A DNA stretch of 63,849 bases, counting the filler, from Rhabdomonas costata (Eukaryota), in the NCBI GenBank assembly GCA_019059605.1. It is 45 parts of 45 records of this genome, joined end to end, with 100 filler letters (N's around TTAATTAATTAA, not from the genome) between each part and the next. Parts side by side here need not be neighbours in the genome. Positions count along the whole stretch, not along the records: positions 11,375 to 12,695 come from JAHMHO010019470.1; positions 12,796 to 14,116 come from JAHMHO010019471.1; positions 14,217 to 15,537 come from JAHMHO010019472.1; positions 15,638 to 16,958 come from JAHMHO010019473.1; positions 17,059 to 18,379 come from JAHMHO010019474.1; positions 18,480 to 19,800 come from JAHMHO010019475.1; positions 19,901 to 21,221 come from JAHMHO010019476.1; positions 21,322 to 22,642 come from JAHMHO010019477.1; 37 more parts are not named here. One strand, 5' to 3'. The notes beneath the pieces were generated by a model. It did not search any database, had not been told where the DNA came from, and saw only the letters and a list, made by a program, of their open reading frames with translations. Below are positions 11,505-22,595 of this stretch, one piece after another (position 1 is the first letter of the stretch; every line of letters begins with the position of its first letter). A program made the position numbers and the translations under genes.

Positions 11505-14500
11505 TCCCTCAGCCTTGGTGAGCCTCTGCTTTTCGCAGGGGCCGTCCTCCTGCTGTGCGCAACGCCGAGTGGCTCTAGAGTGTGGGCAAGCGGGGCAGTG
11601 GGAGGCAATGCGTGCGCTACTGACCTTGCCTGGGCTGGAGCTCACGACGGAGCCATCCAGAGAAAAGCTCCCCTCTGTGTGGTTGGATCTACTCGAAGGC
11701 TCCGCTGAATTTGCAGGTTGGCGCAGTGGGTGGTCAACCTGCAGATTTGTTTTGTTGCTTTAATACGTTTTTTACTGATGTTTCAAACACCAGGATTGCT
11801 GGATTGCTGAGGCTCAGGTTGGGTGTCAAGTCCTTGAGCTCAGTCGGAAAGCAGATGCGAGCAGTGAGTGCCAGGGTTTATGACCGGTAACGCCAACCCC
11901 CGATTTTTCAAAACATTGGTGGGTATCACTGTATATGCCTCTGCCACTCTATTTGTTTGCCCTGTCGCAGGAGGTGCTGTTCCCGTTCAGCACGTGGTTC
12001 CAGGTCTCTCAGACTATGGGTCCGGCCTCGACGCAGTTCCTGAAGTGTCAGCTGCTCTGAGTCTCACAGTCTCACAGGTCCATCAGATTATAGCGGCGCA
12101 GAGGCAAAGGTGGGTTGCAAACTAAAAGCAGGGCAAAACGGGCGCACATGGCAAGACGAAGACCATGAAGACACGCAAAGCAAGGAGCGAGCGCTAGCGG
12201 GTAGATAATAAAGAAGGAAGGAAGAGGAGATTCGTGGAAATTACAAAAAACAAAATCAAAGTAAGGGAACACTGTATGGAAGCTGCAAAAGCCGATTGTC
12301 GAAAGGCATATGGGGAGGGGCGCAAACGACGATCTAACTCGGAGAGAGATTGTGAGAATAAACTTGTCACTATAACGAGGGGTCGTCCCCTGCCTTCCCG
12401 GTGGCTATATGGTATGCTGTGAAAACATCGTGCCATTTGCTGGCCGCATCCCTGCAAGAGTGCTGTCTCCCAACCTGGTTCGAGACGTTCGGTGCATTCA
12501 GCCTGTGTACGGCCGCAAGCCACACAAGTCTTGCGCCGACGGCAACAGGCCCGGAAGACATGGGTTGCTGTGTTGCTGTGCTATAAGGGCATTGACCCGT
12601 GGTTAGAATGACGATTAGAGTGAACTGCGGCCAGGTAGTGGAATGTGTAATTCATGACTTCGTTTAATATCACAAGCTGGAACGGCTTCATCTCCNNNNN
12701 NNNNNNNNNNNNNNNNNNNNNNNNNNNNNNNNNNNNNNNTTAATTAATTAANNNNNNNNNNNNNNNNNNNNNNNNNNNNNNNNNNNNNNNNNNNNGGGTG
12801 GTGGTTGGTGGCTCGCGTCGAATACTGCGTGAACACTTGCAAGCACAGGTCACATATCAAATCAAATCACATCTGTTTCGCTCAAAACACCAGGTACCGG
12901 GTGTTCCGGAGATTATGGTCGTTTTTTATTTTGCTTTTAAATACAGCATCCTATGGTGGGCGTTGTTCCTTAGTGGTTCCTACGTTGTGTAAACCTGGGG
13001 GTTTTCCTGACGAAAAGTCGTGGTACTAAATAATAATCGACTATAATAAATAAATGGCCCTGAAGGGAAGGGTGAGGAGAAAATCGGGAGTATCACTTGG
13101 AGGAGGGCTCTACATGGCCCCATGAAAGGCAAAGAGGTAAGCACTCGACAGTATGCGATATGAATTTATTTTGCCCGAACATACTAACTTCTCACCTCAA
13201 ATGCAACTAATACCTTTTGCACAATGAAAAGACATTGATGGGGCACAACAAACATGCATCAAAATATACCCTCTCTCTGGTGTTCCGCCGGGTCTGTATT
13301 GCGACTCAAAGTACGTCAAAGCAGGTTTCTGACTGATTGTGTTTCGTTGAGCAGGGGGTTTGGTCTATATCTGCAGTTTCTGCGCCACATACCTGCAGTG
13401 GGCTGCGGAGTCAGCGCTCCCATAAATTCCTTCATCACCGCATCGTAGTTCGGGTTGTAGGGCTTGGCAGCCTTACGATACATCTCTCGCACATCTGAGC
13501 TCTTGGAGTGCTCCCACCGGCGGTGACCGCACACCACCCCAAGCAACCTAGGACTTCCCACAAGGGGCACCTGGCACACCCTCTGCATGGCGAAACTCTT
13601 CAGAAACCAAACATACAGACAGATATCTTCGTGGAAACGAGTCTGTTCGCAGGCAGGCAGCACCCCAACAGAGAGATCCGGTCCCAATCGCCCTAAAAGA
13701 TTCAACTTTGCGACTTCGTAGCTAACTAGCGTTTTTCAGGGGATGGAAAAATGCGAACTTCTCGTTCTTTCAGAACGGCCGAGAATGACAAAAGCTCCCA
13801 GAGCCTGTGAAAATCGTACATGTCATTTCCTTTCAGGTGCATAAAAGCAGGCTGTGTTGCGATGCTCAGTCATCCTCAAATGCCCTTACGTTTTGCCCGA
13901 ATGTACCATTAGCTTGTAACGTCAACGAACTCGAAACCTAATAAAGGACCCGCAGGAAACACAGGCCTCCTCCTTCTGGACCTCGGGAGGGAGACAGCCC
14001 TCAGACAAGTGTGCATCAATCGGACGGACACCACGCCATACTCCCGGACAAGACCAATGGCGACTTGACTTCAACTGAGCAGAACTCACCGGGGAGCATG
14101 TCATGACAAACAAACCNNNNNNNNNNNNNNNNNNNNNNNNNNNNNNNNNNNNNNNNNNNNTTAATTAATTAANNNNNNNNNNNNNNNNNNNNNNNNNNNN
14201 NNNNNNNNNNNNNNNNTGTTTTTGTATTTCTGAATACCTGTTTGGAATGCAGGATGTAGCAGCATTCGCGGCCAGTTTGTGGGCAACCCGCTTCAGCAGG
14301 AAAACCGATGGAAAGCAGCTCTCTACTGCTGTACAGGTATTCAGAAACACAAAGACGCCACCCGGGGGGTGGGGAGCAACGAGTTTCGACCGTTGCATCG
14401 TCACGGCGTGGGCGCATATGGTCAGCTCTCCGACGCCCCCCACACTAGAATATTTTGTCGGGGCGGCGGAGCCCCTGTCATGATAGAGAGAGATAATTTG

Positions 14501-14861
14501 TATGGATCCACTCAATACTATTGCTCGGCGGCTTTGTTCGAGCAATCCCGTTTTACAGGGCCCGCTCCTCGGCTCCCCGTTTCCTAACGCGTCGTTGGTT
14601 TTGTTTGCTCGCGTTGATCTCCGGACACCATGCTGTCCGGTTTTTGCTTGTGTGGTCTGCTCTTTATGTAGATATTTTTTTTCTTGTCTAAGGCTGCGGG
14701 ATGCGCCGTCCCGATGCCACTATCGGCACCCGGTTTGTGCGGGCAGGCCTTGTTACTGTTCACGTACAATTTGCATTGAGTCGGCACTGTTTTTGGTCAA
14801 CCAGAAAATTCCCTTCCCCACCTGGAAAAACCATTGACAAACGTCTGTCGGCATCGCGCAG

Positions 14862-15397
14862 GTTTTCCTCGGGGTAGCCTTCGAGGACATTCCCATGGAC
14901 AAGGGCGGGCTGTACCCCGCCTGCAGCCTGCGCTCTGGGGACAAGGTTGTGCTGAACTTTGGCGGGCTCCCGTTCCGCCACCCCCCACCAACGGGCTTCC
15001 ACCCCATCGCCGACCCCATGCACTGGCTGGACCTCCTTCAGAGCTTTCCTTCCGCCCTGGGTGCCTTCCCAGCAGCAGCTGCCGCGGCGGCCACCTCCTC
15101 GCCCCCCGCAGAGGCTTCCGCCACTCCAGCACACCCACTTCCTCCATCCGGTTCAGTGCCCGTTGGGGCGCATGAAGTGGCCCAATCCTCGCTTGCTGAG
15201 CAACAGCTCCAGCAGCAGCAGCAGCAGCTTCGGGCCCTGGACTCGGCGATTGTGGCGGCGTACAACGAGCAGTGGGCGAAACTCCTGGGCGGGGGGCCCG
15301 TGAGTGAGAGCGGGCTGACCCCTGCGGAGCGGTTTCGCAAGGCCCAGGCGGTGGATGTCGGGGTCGAGGACCTCAGGGACGACCCTATCTTGGCCAG
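14862..15397 (+). CDS. Exon with SPRY domain C-terminus followed by Ala/Pro/Gln-rich region
   Basis: FLGVAFEDIP..GLYPACSL..GDKVVLNFG..PFRHPPP.GF is the typical SPRY end motif. Acceptor cgcgcag at 14861. 3' boundary uncertain. Confidence 0.8.
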
Positions 15398-17266
15398 GCA
15401 TCCCCCTATATCTTTTCTCTCCATCCCCGTTTCTACTTGTTTCGCTCTTTTCTCATCTCGCTTCGTCATTCTTCTCTCATGCAGCGTTGGCATGTTGTCC
15501 TTAATAAGTGTTCGATTTTGGTAAAATACCACAACAANNNNNNNNNNNNNNNNNNNNNNNNNNNNNNNNNNNNNNNNNNNNTTAATTAATTAANNNNNNN
15601 NNNNNNNNNNNNNNNNNNNNNNNNNNNNNNNNNNNNNGTGGTGGGTGTGTTTGGGGTGTTTTGTTACCGGAAGCGCCGATGCTCCCGTCGCGTTGATAGC
15701 AAATGCTTTGGGGAGAAATCCAGGTCAAGGGGGATGTAATGTAAAGAGCGGTCGGTGACGAAGACACGAAAAGGCACAAAAAACAGTCGTTGGAGCCTTG
15801 ATGCGACCATTTTGACCCTCAAGTGGCCGATTTTCGGCCGAAAATTGGGGCCGCAGCAAGAACACCTTTTTTGGATTTGGGTAACAGAGCCTGTGCCGCA
15901 GTGCCGTGAATTTTTTACTGTGGGGCTTTTCTGAGTGTTTTCAATTTTCCGATAGCAGGTCGCTGGATTCCTACTTTTTCTAGGGGCTTGGCACCCCATT
16001 AACCAAAGCTGCCTCCTTCGCCGAAGCATCTATCAATTTCTCGCACACGATGGCCACGAGCGTCTGGGTCTGGGAGATCTGCGCACAACCACTCCCCACC
16101 TAACTCCCTTCCTCACGATATTCCACCTGACAGGCCTCCTCCCCTGTTTCCTTGCTCGTCCTCCACCACAACTGCTGCTCTGGCTCAGGCCCGCACCTGC
16201 TGCGACTTTTCTCCAGGTAAACTGCGAACCTCTCCTCCTCCTCTGCGGCGTACTTCACCAAGCAAGTTATTTCCTGCTCGGCAATGAAAAAATAGAGAGA
16301 ACGCCCACATGTCTCTGCAAATACCTCCGAACAGCGGAGGACTGAAAGGTTCAAACTCGCCCATATTCGGGAATCATTGCGCTTGTCTTTAACCTTGACC
16401 GGGGTGATCACAAAAATCTCTTGAGGGTGTGGCTTGCGAATTTCTATCTTTCTCGTAAAATTAACACATCGAACGTAAATAACCTGCTCTTCCTGCAACC
16501 GCAGGTTGCAAAGACAAGGTGCTCATTCTTCACAGCCTTATGGACAGCCTGATTGTGTCCATGTTGGCACTAAAATTCTCCATTACGGCCCTCCAGCAAA
16601 ACAGAACCCACCGGTGCGCCTGAGCGGCTCTTCCTTTTCCCTAGCTCAGTTGTGGGTTTATAGACACAAAGAATGTCACTGGATGCTGAAGCTCTGGCAA
16701 GGAGGTTCAGCATGAGCGCCGAATCGCTGCGAAATGGTGGGCACTCTGTGCAGCCGATAAACAGGGGAGACCCACCAGACGCGGTCTGGCTTCCTGTTCC
16801 AGGCAGGAACGCAGGCAAAGAGAATCTGGGGTTGTGTGCGCTTATCCGAGAGGGGGAGCGCCTCAAGAATGTGAAAAGTATTAGTATTAGATTATTCCAC
16901 ACCCCAACCCACAAAATATCAGACTAGGCTTCCAGGGGATTGCCACTAAAAAAACCACNNNNNNNNNNNNNNNNNNNNNNNNNNNNNNNNNNNNNNNNNN
17001 NNTTAATTAATTAANNNNNNNNNNNNNNNNNNNNNNNNNNNNNNNNNNNNNNNNNNNNGGTTTTGGTGGCGCCGGGCAATAGAACAGAAGCAAGAAAATC
17101 ACAAATGCACAGAGGGGCAGGGGCAGGGTCCGGCCAGCCTCGACTCCGCACAAATTCATGACGGTCTCGGCATGCTCCGTTGTTGGCTGTCATGCCGAGA
17201 TGTGACTAGAGAATTGCCATCGAAGAGCAGCAGGGAGTGGGGTGGAGTATGACACGCAGAGCGCAC

Positions 17267-18379
17267 CTCCCCAGCACAAGGCTGACGTACAGACCCAGGA
17301 TGAACGTGATCAAGGTGAAGATACTGGGCGGCAGGGAGGGCTCCAAGTCCCGGAAGGACTGCGCCACCACATCGTTGGAGAACGCGAACCATGTCAGCAA
17401 GCCGCACCAGAATACGCACAGCGCGATCAAGAGGTGGCTTCCCGTGAAGGTGCCCCTGAACCGAGGGGTAAGGGGGACGAAAGGCATGAAGTTGACGATG
17501 GTGGGGTTGTACTTCAGAATTGTGAAGGGCTCCTTGATATAAGTGACCCCCAGGTACTTCTGGCGGAATCCCTCCACGGGTGCCACCGTCGGCATGGGGA
17601 CCTTTACTTCCGGTGTGTTCTTCGGAGCCTCGATCTCGTCCAGCTCGCCCAGATTCTGATCTACCATGTCTGGGGCGTGATTGATGAGGTTTTTGGTGGA
17701 GCCCCACAAGTCCTTGACCAACTTCTCAATAGGAAAGTGCTGCGGGGAAAAGAGTGACAGAGAGAGCGAGAGCACTGTTCGGCAAAAAAGTCGCCATCTT
17801 GAGACTGAGCAGGCGATATCGTCATACGTTGGAAGCATTGGAAAGCAAGCCCGTGTGAAAGCTTTTCCAACTGGATTCCTTCAAAAGTTTGGACTTAACC
17901 CTTCCAAAAATACAGCAGAAGAGTTCATGAACAACAATTGCGAAAACGGCGGCATCAGCGGATCAGCAGGACTGCAAGTGTCACACTAGTCTGCTTTTTT
18001 TTTTTACAATACGGGAGGGCTATTTCATCAACAAACCCAAATTCTAACATCGCCTAAGACGGAACCCTGATATGTAAAACAGCAAGGCCTAATGGCAACT
18101 CATGACACCAAGAAAATGGGTGTGAATTTTACATGGAAGGAAACCGACAGTTGGCAGTCGCTGCCCCCCCCCCTCCTAATTAGGTGCAGCGCATATGCAA
18201 AAAAATTAATTGCTATACTTCTTTTCAACTGACCATTCGTAGCACTTTGCAAAAGCATCGGCAGAATGACTCACCTCAGCACTACTTCCAAAGGGGTTGG
18301 CGAAGAAGATGTTCAGCGCCAGCAGCCCCTCAAAGGTGAAGATCCACGCTACCGTGGAGAAATAGGCCCAGAAGATCCC
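17267..18379 (-). CDS. Bestrophin-family anion channel, two exons (18379-18275, 17739-17267)
   Basis: Exon A: FEGLLALNIFFANPFGSSAE. Exon B: HFPIEKLV...VTY...RFRGTF...TFILGLYVSLVLGR. Phase-0 GTGAGT..ccccgcag intron. Confidence 0.8.
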
Positions 18380-19067
18380 NNNNNNNNNNNNNNNNNNNNN
18401 NNNNNNNNNNNNNNNNNNNNNNNTTAATTAATTAANNNNNNNNNNNNNNNNNNNNNNNNNNNNNNNNNNNNNNNNNNNNGTTCTTCCGAGCCCACTGAAA
18501 GACCTCAGAGAGTTCCCAATTCACCCCTTTCAGGATCAAGCAGCAAATGAACAAAAACCGCAGCTTCTCCTGCATCGCCGCGTCTTTCTCACCAATTTGA
18601 CTTCATCTTTCTGAATTCCTAGTTCTATATCCAAGGGGCACGGGTGGGTACCGGCCTGAGGGTGCAAGGAACGGCCACGCAGCGTTTCGGGAGGCCCACG
18701 GTACATAGGAAAGACCACGGGCCTGCTTCGGCTTTGCCCTCGAAAAAACACTTGCATTTCTTTATTTCCTTACCCTCCTCTTCGGTACATCAACTCTTCT
18801 CTTGCTCACTCCCCATCCTTCTCTCCCTTTATACCTTACCTGACCGTGGAGTTTCGGGAGCAACAGCGTTGTGCTCTTGCTCATCTTTCTGGTGGGCTGA
18901 GAAACCAAAATTTGTGAAGGAAACAGAGCCTTCCTGAGATAGCTCCTGAAAGACTGTTTCCCGTCCAAAGGCCAGATGAAGAAAGGGACCTCCAAAATTG
19001 AGAACGCGACCTCCCCGAAGGAATGCTCAGGAACTGTGATGCAAAGCAAGGGGAGGGGTGCACTAAC

Positions 19068-19414
19068 CACGCACTCGAAGACCACATCGTAGCACGAGTT
19101 CTCTGCGAACGGCTCCCCAGCAGAAATGGTGCGGCCCTGCGGAGCCTTGAACAGCTCGAACAGCCGCTGTATGACGAGTCTCTGGTGCTCGTGTTTGTAC
19201 ACGCACGTGAGCTTGCTGATCTTCCGATGCAAAAGCGCAACGGTGACCATCATGCCAATGGGTCCTGCCCCAAGCACCAGAACAGATGACTCCGGGGTCA
19301 CAGACGAGCGCTGGCAGGCGTGTATGCCACAGGCCAGCGGCTCCACAAGAGCGGCGGTGGAGAGGTCCAGGCCATCGGGAACCCGGAAGCACGTGTAGGA
19401 GGGGACCACACAAC
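19068..19414 (-). CDS. Exon of zinc-dependent medium-chain dehydrogenase (sorbitol/threonine dehydrogenase-like)
   Basis: AALVEPLACGIHA, VLVLGAGPIGM Rossmann motif and YDVVFECV. ttgcag acceptor and GTTAGT donor. Confidence 0.88.
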
Positions 19415-20884
19415 CTGCAACCCACGCCCCCCACTTTTTGAAAGAAAAAATCAACAAAGACTACGGTGCTGTCATATTATGGTGGCCAAAGCGGGACAAA
19501 GCACACATCAGCACCATTGCTGCACAAAACAAGAAGAAAGGGTGGTCCTCACAACTAGAACAGTGCCATTCACATGGAGCGATTTTGGTACAGTGAAGGG
19601 GAGAGCCATATACAACTGGAGGGGAAAATGCGAAGAAAGGTGCCCATAAAACGAACAGCTCAGATGTTAAACTACGCAGCAATATCTTCAGGGGTGAATT
19701 GAGATTTCCAACCGGTTTGCAACCTTACTATAAATGGTGAAACCTTTCAGCTCGGAACTCGAAAGCCCGCATCGAGGCCCATGACAAAAACACAAACAAA
19801 NNNNNNNNNNNNNNNNNNNNNNNNNNNNNNNNNNNNNNNNNNNNTTAATTAATTAANNNNNNNNNNNNNNNNNNNNNNNNNNNNNNNNNNNNNNNNNNNN
19901 GTGTGGTGTGTGTATGTGTATGGGTGGGGTGGGGGCTCAGAGCCGCACCCGGCCTCCGTGGATGACACCCTGCAGGCCCTCGGCCGCGCCGCGCTGGTCG
20001 TGAAGCGCGGGACCTACAGCTTCAGTGTCGAGAACGAGGTGTGTAACGTTTTGTTTGGTGGATGGAACGGATTTGACGACATCGCCCGTTTTTTCGGATG
20101 CACGGTGGATGCGCACCGTGGGCGTGTTTTATGTGTGTTGGTTGCTGGAACCGTGAATCCTGTTGATGATGGTTGTAGTTTTGTTTTCCGTGCAAAAAGA
20201 CAGTCCTGCTCATTTTGGTGTGACCCCCCGAGTAGCATCCACGACTGGGCAGGTGATTGAAAGCCCACTGGAGGTAGAAAAGACCATCACTCGTCCCTTC
20301 AAGGAGTCAGCGTTGTATTTTTGCGGAATAACAGATCTGATCTTCGGGTTGAACAGGAAGGGACCGTTTTCACAGGACCGCGTTTTCCGTTTTCGATGCG
20401 CACCAGCGGATTTCCCCGCACTGTCCGCTCCTCCTACTAAAATATTTCCCCTGTGAAACTTGAACTTGAACTTAGAGTAGTCAAGCAAGCCTGGTTTCCA
20501 AAACTCGCGATGCTCGCCTGATCAAATTCGCTAAGGTGCGGATCAACAGTGGTCCTCAAGTCAAGTCTGAAGTTCTTCACCGAAAAAAAGGGCTAATGCT
20601 CAAGGGGGCATGAGGAGAAGTGCAACGATTGCCATTGGACAGGGCAAAGCCGAGAAACCGCCCAAGGAAGGAAGGAAGCGAAAATCCGAATGTGCTGCAA
20701 AAAGACATATCCGCTCATGTTTTTCAAGGGACAATAGTCCTCCGAATCTTGTTGTGGCAACTCGATTCCATTTTCCATTTGCTTTCCTGCTCATTGGTCT
20801 TGGCCTAGTCATCAGAAGGGTGTGAAGGGTATGGGTTTGCGGGTAGGTGGGAGGGGATGGAGGTTTAGTATGCTCCACATAATG

Positions 20885-21193
20885 TCAGTGGTGGTGCAGC
20901 CACAGGACGCACCTACGGGGCTCCTCCTGATGTTGGAGCTGGCTCAGCCTCTCCTGCAGCTGCGCCAGCTGGGCTTTCATTGAGGACTCCCCGGGCCTTT
21001 GGGCCCCGACAGTTCCGGACTCCTCTCCTGGAGGGTGCTCCTCGCCCGCCAGCAGGCGGCTCACCACAGTGTCCAGGAAGACGGTGCGGCGGACCTCCTC
21101 GTGGACCTTCCCGGGGACGCCCACCCGAACCACCCGGGGCAGGGCCCCGCAGGGCACGCCCAATTGTGGGAGCTGCGGGGGAAACAGCTGAGC
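20885..21193 (-). CDS. Exon of uncharacterised protein with short coiled coil
   Basis: ctcttccccag acceptor and strong GC3 bias. Ends at AG|GTGCGT or at a stop at 20885. Confidence 0.45.
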   Translation of the reverse strand, partial: AQLFPPQLPQLGVPCGALPRVVRVGVPGKVHEEVRRTVFLDTVVSRLLAGEEHPPGEESGTVGAQRPGESSMKAQLAQLQERLSQLQHQEEPRRCVLWLHHH

Positions 21194-21398
21194 CTGGGGA
21201 AGAGAGCCACACCACAAAAAANNNNNNNNNNNNNNNNNNNNNNNNNNNNNNNNNNNNNNNNNNNNTTAATTAATTAANNNNNNNNNNNNNNNNNNNNNNN
21301 NNNNNNNNNNNNNNNNNNNNNCCCATCGAAAGGTGGGCGCCCCGGGGGAAGTGGACCTCGAGTCCTCCCCAGAAAAAACTCACCTTGCCATGTGCACC

Positions 21399-21472
21399 AT
21401 GTGTGTGTGTGTGTGTGTGTGGGTGCGCGCGCGCGCGCGCGCGTGCGTTCGTGCATGCGTGCGTGCGTGCGC
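21399..21472. repeat. Compound (TG)n-(CG)n-(TGCG)n alternating purine-pyrimidine microsatellite
   Basis: Directly visible. Similar tracts at about 2326-2360, 54566-54588 and 61757-61782. Confidence 0.9.
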
Positions 21473-22068
21473 CTAAACGCCCAAACGGCAGCGAGGGGGT
21501 CCTGGGGGGATCACCCTACAGCAGCCCGAGTGCCGGACCCTCAAGTGAGTGAGGAAACAACACCCGAACGAGGGGCATGATGTCCAAAGGCAAACGATGC
21601 GGAAAGTAGTGCAGTTCCCAAAAACCCATGGAAAGGGGCGACAGAAGAATCCCCGGTATCCGTACCAGTGTTTACTCTTCACACCCAGCTCAGAAGGAAG
21701 ATCATCAGGTCAGTTCCTTGCGTGCTTTAACTGCTATTTCCTGTTGCATTTTAGCTGCACCTATACCAATCCAGATGAAAAGAGGGTCATGGGGGCTTTT
21801 TCTGCGCTGATAACCACCGGGAAGTACCTAGAGGGTTTTGACCCCGACCTCTGGTACCTTGGAACATGATTGGCCTTTTGAGCAATGCCCCCCCCACACA
21901 CACACGCACCTTGCGGCGGTGCTAGCGCCGGCAACCTCAGGTCAGAGCTATTCCAAATCTCAGCATGACACGCAGCGCGAGAGCAACAGACCCGCGGGGC
22001 AGATTCCAGACTTTCCCTGTATCTGACAATCGGTGTGCGAGAACACCTTTCCTTCTTGTGCGCCATAG

Positions 22069-22595
22069 TCCACTGCTCTGGTGCTGCTAATGACGCCCGG
22101 GCTGGCGTTCTTCTACGGTGGGATGGTGGGCAGCAAGAACGTCATCAGCACCATCCTGCAGAATGTGATCACGATGGGTGTGCGTGGGTGCGTGAGAGGT
22201 GTTCCAGGGCTGCAGTTGGGTAGATAGCTGCTGCAATGCTCTGCACATGAAACGAAAGCCAGGCTGATTAGGATAATTACTGGACAAAGTAAGGTTGAGA
22301 ACAAACTTTGAAAATGCGGACAGGATGAATGATCGAAACAAAAACAGGGCTAAAGTACAACGTAAAATGAGGTATTTCAACTTGATGTCCCGAATTTCCT
22401 TCGCATGTAATTTACGTCAGAAAAATTTGGCTGAACATGCATTGGAGATTATACCTTTCTTTTCATTCTTCGCTCGCAGGACTGATCAGCGTGCTTTGGG
22501 TGGTGTTCGGGTTCAGCCTGGCCTTTGGAGAGGACAGCAACCACTTCATCGGAAAGATCGACACCTACTGGCTGTTCAAGGACGTGGGGGTGCAG
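22069..22595 (+). CDS. amt: Ammonium transporter (AmtB/Amt2-type), exons 22069-22177 and 22480-22595
   Basis: STALVLLMTPGLAFFYGGMVGSKNVISTILQ and LWVVFGFSLAFG are hallmark Amt N-terminal motifs. Phase-1 GT-AG intron. Not captured by the ORF track. Confidence 0.93.

Noticed and set aside
15398-15403. Additional GC donors (GCATCC here, GCATAC at 62292)
   Set aside because: No homology to fix the exon end, and they lack the +5 G. Left as unresolved boundaries.
18664-18688. About 24-nt match to 63076-63098 (caagga.cggccacgcagcgttt)
   Set aside because: Too short to define an element by eye, and the flanks do not obviously align.
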